Shown here in pieces: positions 39,459-49,524 of a DNA stretch of 64,000 nucleotides; position 1 is the first letter of the stretch; each line of letters opens with the position of its first letter. Location of the stretch: positions 1 to 64,000 of IMG/VR virus record IMGVR_UViG_3300009502_000041. One strand, 5' to 3'. The position numbers and the translations under genes are program-made. The notes under the pieces are model-generated. The model searched no databases and was not told the DNA's origin. It saw only the letters and a list, made by a program, of their open reading frames with translations. The stretch comes from a virus.

Positions 39459-40649
39459 ATGAAGAAACAAAACATTAAAATTAAAACGATAATAAAAAAA
39501 AGAATTGAAAATAATAATATTTTTTTTATTGGGAATAAAAAAATGAATGAAAGAGATTTGAGAAGAATAAATGGTGGGAGTAATAATCTTAAATCATTAT
39601 CTTGTAATGAAAAGCAAAATAATGATTTAAGACAAATAAATTCACCAATAGAACCAGAAAAATTAATATTAAAAACTGTATCAAAATATAGTTTATTGAC
39701 CAATAAAACCGCATTTAAATCAGGTTTAACTCTTAAGACCGCACCCAAATCGGTTATTCCTGATAAAGAAATGAGTAATTTCATTACATCAGAAGCAACA
39801 TCCCGTGATGGTAGAAGAAATACAACAAATAACTTATCTATCGACCATTCTACTTCGTTGAGTCGTGACGAAAGAAGAACAGGATATAATGTTCAAACGT
39901 TATTAAATAACAGTATATATCAAATTAAAGCATTTGTTGATTATGATGTTGTGATATGTATCCCTTCTTATAATAGATACGAAAAGGTTAAAAGATTGAT
40001 ATCTCAATTTTATTCACAAACAACAAAATATAGATTTAAAATAATATTGTTAAATGATGGATCAACAGATAATTCATATAATGATTTAATAAAAGAATTT
40101 CCACAAATCACATATTTAAGCAATAAAACCCCAAACGGTAAAACAATGCATTGGTATTGTTATAATCAAATGTGGAGTTATTTAAAGAACATTGAATATT
40201 ATACCGTATTGCAAATGGACGATGATTTCATATTATCAAAAAATTTTTTAAATAATATTCTTGATTTATATTTTAAATTAAAACAAGAAAATAATACAAT
40301 ATTAGCAATTTCCCCTCATTTATGGTCGTTTAATAAAAAAAGTAATCATGAAATGTGGTGGGATAAAAAAGATTTTGTTGATGGAATTGCGTTAATTGAT
40401 GAATCTGTAATTTCCTCAATGAAATATGAAATGAAAAAAGTTGATGTTGTAATGGTAAGTAAACCGGGCATACCCGTTCGTACATGGATACAAATATCCG
40501 AAGCAATTGTGAAAATGGGCGGAATTATATATAGAACACAGAATTCATTAGTATATCATGATGGTAATGATGATTCAAAGTTACATGGCGATGTTAGAAA
40601 AAAGGGCAAAAATGGGGTTTATACACAAAAATATATCGAAAAACTATGA
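39459..40649 (+). CDS. glycosyltransferase family 2 with N-terminal extension
   Basis: VVICIPSYNR, LNDGSTD, LQMDDD; true start may be ATG 39543. Confidence 0.85.
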   Translation: MKKQNIKIKTIIKKRIENNNIFFIGNKKMNERDLRRINGGSNNLKSLSCNEKQNNDLRQINSPIEPEKLILKTVSKYSLLTNKTAFKSGLTLKTAPKSVIPDKEMSNFITSEATSRDGRRNTTNNLSIDHSTSLSRDERRTGYNVQTLLNNSIYQIKAFVDYDVVICIPSYNRYEKVKRLISQFYSQTTKYRFKIILLNDGSTDNSYNDLIKEFPQITYLSNKTPNGKTMHWYCYNQMWSYLKNIEYYTVLQMDDDFILSKNFLNNILDLYFKLKQENNTILAISPHLWSFNKKSNHEMWWDKKDFVDGIALIDESVISSMKYEMKKVDVVMVSKPGIPVRTWIQISEAIVKMGGIIYRTQNSLVYHDGNDDSKLHGDVRKKGKNGVYTQKYIEKL

Positions 40650-41380
40650 TAAGCGTAATTTTAAATGTTTACAAAAGACCTCACATGTTAGAGAAGCAAA
40701 TTGAGGCAATAAAAAACCAATCGGTTAATGTTAAAAGTGAAAATATACATGTTTGGTATAATAAAACAGATGTTGCACAATATTTTCCTTTTGATAAGAA
40801 AATTAATACATATGCATGTAATTGGAATACGAAATTTTGGGGTAGGTTTACAGTACCTTTATTAGTTAGAACACCTTATGTTGCAATGTTTGATGATGAT
40901 ATTATTCCCCAAAAAGATTGGTTAAAGAATTGTATAAATACAATTCAAAAACCCGAAACAAATGGTATTTTAGGCGGTAGTGGAGTTTTATTAAAAGCCA
41001 AATCGTATACACCTTTTGATAAATTTGGATGGAATGGTAATCATTTAGATAAAACTGAACGTGTTGATTTAGTTGGACATGCTTGGTTTTTTAAACAAGA
41101 ATGGATAAAATATCTTTGGTATGAAAAACCATCCACATGGGAAAATGGTGAGGATATAATGTTTTCATTTCTTGCACAAAAATATGGAAATATAAACACT
41201 TTTGTTCCACCACATCCTGAAAATAATAAAGCATTATGGAGTTGTGATTTTAAAATTGGTAATGAGGTGGGCAATGATAAGAATGCTTCTTGGTTAAAAG
41301 GTGCACATTACGGTCAGAGAGACGAAATTGTTAAATATTGCATTAATAATGGATGGAAAACCGTTAATAATATCAAATGA
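40646..41380 (+). CDS. glycosyltransferase family 2-like
   Basis: ISVILNVYKR, AMFDDD, NGEDI. Confidence 0.85.
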   Translation: MISVILNVYKRPHMLEKQIEAIKNQSVNVKSENIHVWYNKTDVAQYFPFDKKINTYACNWNTKFWGRFTVPLLVRTPYVAMFDDDIIPQKDWLKNCINTIQKPETNGILGGSGVLLKAKSYTPFDKFGWNGNHLDKTERVDLVGHAWFFKQEWIKYLWYEKPSTWENGEDIMFSFLAQKYGNINTFVPPHPENNKALWSCDFKIGNEVGNDKNASWLKGAHYGQRDEIVKYCINNGWKTVNNIK

Positions 41381-42081
41381 AAAATCATTCATTTGATATT
41401 ATTAAATTAATTGAAACCAAAGAAGGGTGTTATTTTTTTAGGATTTTTATGGGCAGATGGTCATATTAACAAGAAGTCATCGAGAGTTAGTTTAGATTTG
41501 GTTAGAGACGATGCCGATTATTTATATAAACAATGTTTAGTCATATCAAATGATTTTAATATGAAAATGAAACCCGAATATATTAGAAATGATTCATTGA
41601 CAGTTAGGCGTAAACCTCAAAATATTATATATTTAACAAATAATAAATTATCATTATTTTTAAAAAATCATGATTATATGAATAAAAGTAATGTTAGTGC
41701 AGATTCAATATTAGAAATTGTTAAATATAAAAATTTCTGGTTTAGGGGATATTTCGATGGTGATGGATCATTATTAATTAGAGAAAGAAATAAAATATTT
41801 AATAGTAGTTTACAATTTTCATCAAGTATTGAACAGGATTGGAAATTTTTGTTAAATCTTTAAATTTAAAAAGCTTTAAAATAATTAGAAGAATTGAAAA
41901 ATCTGGAAATTCTTCGATGTTTAAATCAGAATCGATTTATGAATCAAAAATATTTTTAGATTATGTTTATTCTGATTATTTAAATATTGGCTTACATAGG
42001 AAATATTTAATATATTTACAATTAAAAGAAATAACTTTGAAAAGAAAAAGTAAATATGAAAACATTTGCAGGGGATTTTGA
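41377..42081 (+). pseudogene. LAGLIDADG homing endonuclease split by two frameshifts
   Basis: FLGFLWADG and FRGYFDGDG motifs; frame breaks at the T run ~41433-41439 and near 41840-41860. Confidence 0.8.
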
Positions 42082-42781
42082 TAAATTTTTAAATAAAATT
42101 AAAAATAATAAATCATTTTCGTTATCTCGTTGGGGTGATGGTGAGTTGTCCATTTTAGAAGGTCTTTATATTGACATTCGCTCAAAAGGCAATGGTGAAT
42201 TCAGATACGATCCTAAATTGGATCAATATACTAGTGTTAGAAATAAATTAAATTTGTCTTTCATTGGTAAGTCTAATGAATATTATATAGGAATTGCATG
42301 CCCTTGTTGTGTTGGTGATGACAAATACCAATATATGAAGAAAAAATCAAAACAAGATGAGGAACACTTAACTTGGGCAAATATTTTTGTTAATGCTAAT
42401 TATAGTAAGACAATTAATGACTTAATTCCTGAATTTAAAAATCATACGATTAATCTTGTTGTTAATAAAAATTCTAAATTAGATAAATTACCGTTTAAAC
42501 CTAAAAAAGTTTGGTATGTTGGAACCGATGCTTGGGAGAGTGATTATAAATTAGTCGGTGAGATGATAAAACACATAAAAGATAATTCAATAATGAATGA
42601 GATATTTTTATTTGCTGCCGGACCGTTGGCAAACATTCTTACGTATGAATTATGGTTTTATGCAAGTAAGAGTAATACCTATATAGATATTGGTTCGATT
42701 TTAGACCCATATTTACAATTAAAATTAACAAGAGGATATCACTTAGGTGCAACTACTTTAAATAAAATTTGTAGGTGGTAA
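42056..42781 (+). CDS. GT-D fold (DUF1792-like) glycosyltransferase
   Basis: SFSLSRWGDGE; C-terminal AAGPLAN...IDIGS. Confidence 0.75.
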   Translation: MKTFAGDFDKFLNKIKNNKSFSLSRWGDGELSILEGLYIDIRSKGNGEFRYDPKLDQYTSVRNKLNLSFIGKSNEYYIGIACPCCVGDDKYQYMKKKSKQDEEHLTWANIFVNANYSKTINDLIPEFKNHTINLVVNKNSKLDKLPFKPKKVWYVGTDAWESDYKLVGEMIKHIKDNSIMNEIFLFAAGPLANILTYELWFYASKSNTYIDIGSILDPYLQLKLTRGYHLGATTLNKICRW

Positions 42782-42800
42782 TATATTAAATGTTTATAAT

Positions 42801-43451
42801 ATGAATAATATTGTTTTTGCACATAACGTATATAATAGATTAAAAACTTTAAAAGACACTATTTTAGTTGAGAAAAAATATTTTCCCAATTCAAATATTA
42901 GTGTGGCTTGTAATGATGTTTTTATTAATATTTTTTATGATATTACTAATTTTTCTGTTATTCGTTTTAATGAACGTGAACATAAAATTGGTTGTGTTAA
43001 TGGTTGCATATCATCGATAAAACAGTTATTAAACCAAGTGTTTGATGTGCTAATTTTTTCACATGATGATGTTAGAATTAATGAACGTTATATTAATATT
43101 GTTGAAGAACACATTAACAGTATTATTGAAAACAAATATGATTGTATTTGTCGTAAACCATTAAATGGATATGGGGATGATTATTATCTCATGGAAGTGT
43201 TTTATATATCAAAAGAGGCTGCTGTTAAAATATTTTCAAATTTAAATACAATAAATAATGAATCAGAAATCCCAACCGATATTAGAGGTTCGATTTCTCC
43301 AGAGGTTTTTTTATTTCAAAATATAAATAAATTTAATCTCAAAATTAATGAAATTAAATATGTTCATAATGATAATGATTATAATGAAATACTAGGAAAA
43401 ACAATGGGTTATGAACATTTGAATGCTGGAAATAGAGGTTGGATTGATTAA
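42801..43451 (+). CDS. putative glycosyltransferase
   Basis: LIFSHDDV acidic motif; island context. Confidence 0.55.
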   Translation: MNNIVFAHNVYNRLKTLKDTILVEKKYFPNSNISVACNDVFINIFYDITNFSVIRFNEREHKIGCVNGCISSIKQLLNQVFDVLIFSHDDVRINERYINIVEEHINSIIENKYDCICRKPLNGYGDDYYLMEVFYISKEAAVKIFSNLNTINNESEIPTDIRGSISPEVFLFQNINKFNLKINEIKYVHNDNDYNEILGKTMGYEHLNAGNRGWID

Positions 43452-43473
43452 ACAATTAAATATATATATAGTT

Positions 43474-44097
43474 ATGAATAAAAGAGAAGATTTTGTGTTA
43501 TCGTATTACGATGGTTTTAATAAATTAACTGGGGTTAGTTTAGAAGATTTTGAGAATTATTATAATGAAGCCATTTATGGTGGATACCCCGAAGAACCGG
43601 GTGGTAGTATCTGGGAAAGTGAGGGTAAATCTATATATGTATTAATACGTATATTAAAACCTAAAAAAATATTGGAAATTGGTAATTTTTTGGGAAGAAG
43701 CTCAAATCATATACTACAGGCAGTTGAAAAAAATGGCATGGGCGAAGTTACATTGCTTGATATTGAGGAACGTTTACAATACGATAAACTTCACAATAAA
43801 AATTTTAATAGAGTTCTGGATGACTCATTAAATCATTTATCATCCCCAATGCAATATGATTTATTTGTACAAGATGGAAACCATGCTCGTGAACATGTAA
43901 CTAAAGAAATTAAGTTGATTTTAGATAATAATTTACCTAGTAATTATTATATTTGGGCACATGATTATTATATGAGAACACATCCTGATTGTGGAGTGTG
44001 GTTAGCTTGGGATGAAATGAAATCAAAATTTAATGACTTTCAAACATTTCAAGATTCTAAAAGTAATTGTGGTTGCTCAATAGCAAAAAAAATGTAA
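43474..44097 (+). CDS. class I SAM-dependent methyltransferase (Methyltransf_24-like)
   Basis: KPKKILEIGNFLGRS, YDLFVQDGNH, WAHDY; likely start MNKRED. Confidence 0.85.
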   Translation: MNKREDFVLSYYDGFNKLTGVSLEDFENYYNEAIYGGYPEEPGGSIWESEGKSIYVLIRILKPKKILEIGNFLGRSSNHILQAVEKNGMGEVTLLDIEERLQYDKLHNKNFNRVLDDSLNHLSSPMQYDLFVQDGNHAREHVTKEIKLILDNNLPSNYYIWAHDYYMRTHPDCGVWLAWDEMKSKFNDFQTFQDSKSNCGCSIAKKM

Positions 44098-44098
44098 A

Positions 44099-44368
44099 AT
44101 GTATAATCCTAAAGAATATTGGGAAAATGAATTGGGTGGAGTTGAAAATTGGAAACACGATGCAGATACTTCACCCAATATTGTTAGGTCAATTGATAGA
44201 CTTAGAAATGTAGTAATACCAACTATTGTTAATTTAAAACAAGTCAACGGTGGTAATATTTTAGATGCTGGATGTGGATGCGGATACTGTGCAAATGAAT
44301 TTAATTTATCAAATTCATTTAATAATGTATATGGCATTGATTTTCAAATAATATACGCCAAAAAATGA
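44099..44368 (+). pseudogene. truncated SAM-dependent methyltransferase
   Basis: YNPKEYWE, ILDAGCGCG, VYGIDF, then ends at 89 aa. Confidence 0.65.
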
Positions 44369-45306
44369 CAAAAATTGCTTTTCATAGTAATCAATTATGT
44401 TTGAGAGGTACTGAAGTGGCTTTATATGACTATGCTAAGTATAATGAAGAACTACTTGGAAATAAAAGTATTATTATTTCTAAACATCCAGATGTGTGGA
44501 AATATTCACATCCATTGGCGATTGAAAAATTTAAGAAAAGATTTCCTGTTTATTTTTATAATGATTTTAATGAGGTTGAAAAAATATTGGATAATAATAA
44601 TGTGGATATTTTTTATGCAATTAAAGCTGGAATAAATGATGGAATTGTTTCGACTAGTAGAAAATCTGTCAATCATGTCGTATTTCAAAATTATGAGCCA
44701 CATGGTAATGTATATGCATATGTCTCAGAATGGCTTGGGAGAAGGTATAATTCACCCTTTGTACCACATATGATAACGTTACCCGAAGTGAATGATGACT
44801 TAAGAAATGACCTGAATATACCCAAAAACGCAATTGTTTATGGTCGTCATGGTGGTGCAGAAACATTTAATTTGCCTTTTGTTTATGATGTAATAAAACA
44901 AATATTATTAAAAAGAAGTGATATTTATTTTCTTTTTTTATATACAAATAAATTTATTGATCATAAAAACGTAATTTATTTGGAAGGCAATAGTGATATG
45001 GAATATAAGACAAAATTTATTAATACTTGCGATGCAATGTTACATGCTAGACATCAAGGCGAAAGTTTTGGATTGTCTGTAGGGGAATTCTCAATTAGAA
45101 ATAAGCCCGTTATAACATGGACACATGGTAGAGATGGTGCACACATCGAAATGCTGGGTAATAGGGGAATTTATTATAATAATGATGTTGAATTATTCAA
45201 TATTTTAAATAACTTTGTACCTGACCCTACAAAGGATTGGAATGCATTTAAAAATTATAATTCGGAAAGTGTTATGAAAATATTTAATAATGTTTTTTTA
45301 AAATGA
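44365..45306 (+). CDS. glycosyltransferase family 4-like (GT-B)
   Basis: RGTEVALYDYA, GRHGG, CDAMLHAR..GESFGLSVGEF. Confidence 0.88.
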   Translation: MTKIAFHSNQLCLRGTEVALYDYAKYNEELLGNKSIIISKHPDVWKYSHPLAIEKFKKRFPVYFYNDFNEVEKILDNNNVDIFYAIKAGINDGIVSTSRKSVNHVVFQNYEPHGNVYAYVSEWLGRRYNSPFVPHMITLPEVNDDLRNDLNIPKNAIVYGRHGGAETFNLPFVYDVIKQILLKRSDIYFLFLYTNKFIDHKNVIYLEGNSDMEYKTKFINTCDAMLHARHQGESFGLSVGEFSIRNKPVITWTHGRDGAHIEMLGNRGIYYNNDVELFNILNNFVPDPTKDWNAFKNYNSESVMKIFNNVFLK

Positions 45307-46055
45307 AAATAGCGACCCATTTATTGTTTTTTAACCAAGACAATTTCATATTAAAAAATATTGAAATGATTGCGCCGTTTGTAGATAAAATATATGTCAC
45401 TTGGAGCGAATTTCCTTGGTTATACAATTTACAGGCAAGAGATTTGTTTAAAAACAAATCAAACCCCGAACTTCTAAAACAATCGCCATATTACGATAAA
45501 ATTGAATTAATTATAGGTGAATGGAATCTTGATGAAGACCAAAGAAACGCATGTCTTGATGCCGCAAAGCGTGATGAAATGGATTATCTGTTAATAATAG
45601 ATGCTGATGAGTTTTATACTCACGAAGATTTAAAAAAACTAATAACCGATATAGCAAACAATCCTGATTATGAATATTATACTACACCTTGGTTTACATA
45701 TTGGAAAGATTATAATCATGTTATAGTTAACAAAAACGGTAATTATATTAATGGCTTTCCAGAAGTTTGTGTTAATTTAAAGTATAATAACAGATTTATT
45801 AGATGCAGAAGACCATCAGGCACAAGAATTAAAAAATTGACCTCATTATGTGGGCATGCATCATATGTATTAAACAATGAGGAGTGTTGGAGTAAAATTA
45901 ATACTTGGGGTCACGCCCATCAATTTAATAGAAATCAGTGGTATATGGATAAATGGATTAATTGGAATGAAAACACAATAAATTTACATCCAATTGACCC
46001 AAGCGCATGGTATAGAACAATTAAAACACCTGAAGAATTAAAATTAAATATATGA
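45303..46055 (+). CDS. glycosyltransferase family 2-like
   Basis: QRN, YLLIIDADEF. Confidence 0.8.
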   Translation: MKIATHLLFFNQDNFILKNIEMIAPFVDKIYVTWSEFPWLYNLQARDLFKNKSNPELLKQSPYYDKIELIIGEWNLDEDQRNACLDAAKRDEMDYLLIIDADEFYTHEDLKKLITDIANNPDYEYYTTPWFTYWKDYNHVIVNKNGNYINGFPEVCVNLKYNNRFIRCRRPSGTRIKKLTSLCGHASYVLNNEECWSKINTWGHAHQFNRNQWYMDKWINWNENTINLHPIDPSAWYRTIKTPEELKLNI

Positions 46056-47065
46056 TACTTATTGCCTACGGGACCCGTCCAGAAATACTTAAAATACAGT
46101 CGGTTATAAATGTTTTTGATGAGAATAATGTTCAATGCGTAACATTATTTACTGGTCAACACGCTAATTTAATTGGTAGACATAATCCAAACTATATAAT
46201 TGATATTGTTGATATACCTTATGTTAGTAGACTCGATTGTATTGTTAAATCAATAATGGGTTTATTTACAACAATAGGTCTCCACCCAGTTAAAACAGAT
46301 TATGTTTTGGTTCAGGGCGATACTACCACAGCACTTGCTGTTGCTTTAACGGCATTTCATAATGGTATAAAGGTTATTCATTTAGAAGCTGGATTGCGAA
46401 CATACGATAATAATAATCCATATCCAGAAGAGGTAAATAGAAAAATGATATCACAAATTGCTGATATTCATTTATGTCCAACAGAACACGCAAGATTAAA
46501 TCTTGTTAGTGAAAACATAACAAAAAATGTATTTGTTGTTGGCAATACGGTAATTGATAATTTATTACCGTATAAAAGTATGTGTGAATATACAAACAAA
46601 ATATTGGTTACAATGCATAGACGTGAGAATCATCACTGGTTGGATAAATGGTTTATTGAAATCAACGAATTGGCTAAGGATCATCCCGAATATGAATTTA
46701 TATTACCGATACATCCGAACCCAAATGTGATGAGGTATAAGCATTTATTAACGAACGTAAATGTTATTGACCCATTATCATACGATGCAATGCTGAGTTT
46801 ATTGGTTAAAACAAGACTTGTTATTACTGACAGTGGTGGATTGCAAGAAGAAAGTAGTTTCTTTAATAAAAAATGTTTAACTTGCAGAATTGTTACAGAA
46901 AGACCCGAAGCAATAGGACAGAGCACATTTATGGTTGAAAGTCCATCAGTATTGAAAAAAATATTTGACGAACATATTGATAATTATGAAATTAATTATG
47001 TTTCACCGTTTGGTGACGGACACTCTGCAGAAAAAATACTAAAAATATTAAAGAATATTATATGA
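46052..47065 (+). CDS. wecB: UDP-N-acetylglucosamine 2-epimerase (non-hydrolysing)
   Basis: GTRPE, TGQH, VQGDTTT, HLEAGLR, PEEVNR, VGNTVID, HRREN, TDSGGLQEE, TERPE. Confidence 0.96.
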   Translation: MILIAYGTRPEILKIQSVINVFDENNVQCVTLFTGQHANLIGRHNPNYIIDIVDIPYVSRLDCIVKSIMGLFTTIGLHPVKTDYVLVQGDTTTALAVALTAFHNGIKVIHLEAGLRTYDNNNPYPEEVNRKMISQIADIHLCPTEHARLNLVSENITKNVFVVGNTVIDNLLPYKSMCEYTNKILVTMHRRENHHWLDKWFIEINELAKDHPEYEFILPIHPNPNVMRYKHLLTNVNVIDPLSYDAMLSLLVKTRLVITDSGGLQEESSFFNKKCLTCRIVTERPEAIGQSTFMVESPSVLKKIFDEHIDNYEINYVSPFGDGHSAEKILKILKNII

Positions 47066-47823
47066 GGAAAGTACTAGTAATTGGCGATAGCTGTCAGGAC
47101 ATATTTAATTATGGGGTTTGTAATAGATTGTGTCCTGAAGCACCTGTACCTGTTTTTAACCCAACTAAGATGATAATAAACGGGGGAATGTCAATCAATG
47201 TATTTGAAAATCTTAAATCATTAAAAATTGATTGCGACATTGTAACCAATGATCACAGACCAATAAAAACAAGATATGTTGATGAGGTTTCAAACCAAAT
47301 GTTATTAAGGGTGGACGAAAAGGATGTCGTTAAAAGAATTGAGGAAAAAAGATTAAAATCAATTGACTTTAGTAAATATTATGCAATTGTAATTAGCGAC
47401 TATAATAAGGGATTTTTAGATGAAGAAGATATATATAGTATCACCAATTCACATTCATTAACTTTTTTGGATACAAAAAAAGAAATTAAAACGTGGGCAA
47501 TGAACACCAATTTTATTAAAATTAATGAAAATGAATATAATCGAAATTTATTTTATTTTAAAAATCACCATACTAAAGACTTAATAGTAACATTAGGCAA
47601 GAATGGTGCAATGTTAAATAGAGAAGAAATATTTCCAATTACTGGTAATCATGATATTAAAGATTTGTGTGGTGCTGGTGATACTTTTTTTGCAGGACTT
47701 GTTGCGGATTTCATAAATAATAACGATATTCGCAGTGCAATAGTATTTGCAAATAAATGTGCATCATGGGCTGTTACACAAAAAGGAGTTTCTGTTATGA
47801 ATTTAATAAATGAAATAAAATGA
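47062..47823 (+). CDS. heptose-7-phosphate kinase-like (HldE/RfaE domain I, PfkB family)
   Basis: VLVIGD, RLCPEAPVPV, KTRY, LLRVD, ISDYNKG, D.CGAGDTF. Confidence 0.88.
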   Translation: MRKVLVIGDSCQDIFNYGVCNRLCPEAPVPVFNPTKMIINGGMSINVFENLKSLKIDCDIVTNDHRPIKTRYVDEVSNQMLLRVDEKDVVKRIEEKRLKSIDFSKYYAIVISDYNKGFLDEEDIYSITNSHSLTFLDTKKEIKTWAMNTNFIKINENEYNRNLFYFKNHHTKDLIVTLGKNGAMLNREEIFPITGNHDIKDLCGAGDTFFAGLVADFINNNDIRSAIVFANKCASWAVTQKGVSVMNLINEIK

Positions 47824-48110
47824 ATATTTTTGTAGATATCGACAATACCGTTTGTTTAACCAGAGATAGTGATTACGAGAATTCCGAACCGATTTTCGAA
47901 AACATTGCTAAGATTAATAAATTATTTAACGAAGGAAATAATATTGTCTACTATTCGGCAAGGGGAAGGAGATCAGGGGTCGATTGGACAGAGTTTACAA
48001 TAAAGCAGTTGCGGGAGTGGAATTGTAAATATAACGACTTGTTTATGAATCATAAACCCGATTATGATTTGTATATTTGTGACAAAACCAAGAGAATTGA
48101 AGAAATTTAA
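47820..48110 (+). CDS. small HAD-family phosphatase (capsule-biosynthesis type)
   Basis: FVDIDNTV, YSARG, KP.YDLYICDK. Confidence 0.8.
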   Translation: MNIFVDIDNTVCLTRDSDYENSEPIFENIAKINKLFNEGNNIVYYSARGRRSGVDWTEFTIKQLREWNCKYNDLFMNHKPDYDLYICDKTKRIEEI

Positions 48111-48120
48111 ATAATTATCA

Positions 48121-48657
48121 TTGAAAAAGATTTACAATTTTACAACAGATAAGAAAGAAATTTTAGAAGTATTAGACGTGAGACGAAAATTCGTTAACTA
48201 CTTTTTTATGTGTTTTCATCCTTGGAGCAAAAAGAAAGCAAAAATTGTTTTCACTAATGGTTGTTTTGATTTAATTCATTCTCAACATGTAAATCTTTTA
48301 AATAAATCCAAAGAACTTGGATTTTATTTAGTTGTTGGGGTAAATTCAGACAAATCGGTTAAATTGCTTAAGGGAGAAGATAGACCTATTTTTAATGAAG
48401 ACGATAGAGCATTTATTCTCTCAAGTTTAGAGGCGGTTGATTGCGTGATAATTTTTGATGATTATTCGGTGTTAGATTTGATTAAATTCATTAAGCCAGA
48501 CATTATAACCAAGGGTGATGATTATCAAATAAACCAATTAAATAATGTTGGTGGTGAATTTGTTAAAGAATATGGAGGTAAATTAGAAATTATTCCCACA
48601 AAAAAGGGAATGGCAACTAGTGATATTATTAATAAAATTATAAAAATTTACAAATGA
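48121..48657 (+). CDS. heptose-1-phosphate nucleotidyltransferase-like (HldE/RfaE domain II)
   Basis: VFTNGCFDLIH, VVGVNSDKSV..LKG..RPI, KPDIITKGDDY. Confidence 0.88.
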   Translation: MKKIYNFTTDKKEILEVLDVRRKFVNYFFMCFHPWSKKKAKIVFTNGCFDLIHSQHVNLLNKSKELGFYLVVGVNSDKSVKLLKGEDRPIFNEDDRAFILSSLEAVDCVIIFDDYSVLDLIKFIKPDIITKGDDYQINQLNNVGGEFVKEYGGKLEIIPTKKGMATSDIINKIIKIYK

Positions 48658-49289
48658 AAATTGGAAACATTATTTATGAAAAAGAATTGGTTAATCATGT
48701 TAAAGTAGATTTTGTTAATTATTATAACGAAGCCATTGAATATGATAAACTCGATAAGACTTTACCTACATTATGTGTTGGTTGGTCGTTTATGAAGAGT
48801 TGTAATGTTGATAATGAAATAATTCAAAACGCAGACATTCTAAAGAAGAAAATAATTGCAAATGAGTTATATTGGGAATGTAGTTTTGAGGAAAGCAAAT
48901 CGTCTCACATTAAAGGAGTTGGAAGTTTTATAAACCTAATTCCTCAACTTTATTTTCCACCAAAATATCAATACATAAATTTAGACCCAGTGTTTTTTCA
49001 ATTAAAAGATATTGAGGATTTAATGGATGTGATTCCAAAGCACTTTGATGTTTTATATAGGTTTAAAGACGAAATGCTTTATATATTATTTCAAAATAAA
49101 ATATCTGGCATAAATTTAAAAACATATGAATTTTATAAATTTGATATTGAGAATTTATGTAATAGAATTTCCGAGAGAGCAAATACAATTCACATTGATT
49201 TGGATGGTAAAATTCATGAAGATTATTATAAAATTTTACCCAATTTTACCCAACTTAAAAGATATCTAATCACATTGTTGACAAAATGA
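48654..49289 (+). CDS. hypothetical protein
   Basis: 211 aa; LPTLCVGW. Confidence 0.7.
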   Translation: MKIGNIIYEKELVNHVKVDFVNYYNEAIEYDKLDKTLPTLCVGWSFMKSCNVDNEIIQNADILKKKIIANELYWECSFEESKSSHIKGVGSFINLIPQLYFPPKYQYINLDPVFFQLKDIEDLMDVIPKHFDVLYRFKDEMLYILFQNKISGINLKTYEFYKFDIENLCNRISERANTIHIDLDGKIHEDYYKILPNFTQLKRYLITLLTK

Positions 49290-49327
49290 ATGTTTCGTAG
49301 TATTTATATGAAATAAATATAATTATT

Positions 49328-49510
49328 ATGGAAAATAATGTAGAAAAAGCAGTTAACAATTTTATTGGTACTTCTGAAGAAGAAGAATTGAAAAATTCTA
49401 ATGGTAACACCAAGAAAGTTATCTTAAATCAACGTGAAGGTTTGATTGAGAGGGTTGACCGTTTATATATTACCGAAGACGGAAGACAGTTACTAAGAGA
49501 ACAATATTAA
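49328..49510 (+). CDS. small late protein (possibly prohead-associated)
   Basis: GLIERVD..ITEDGRQLLRE; GTATTTAT at 49300-49307. Confidence 0.6.
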   Translation: MENNVEKAVNNFIGTSEEEELKNSNGNTKKVILNQREGLIERVDRLYITEDGRQLLREQY

Positions 49511-49524
49511 AAAACATTCATTCA

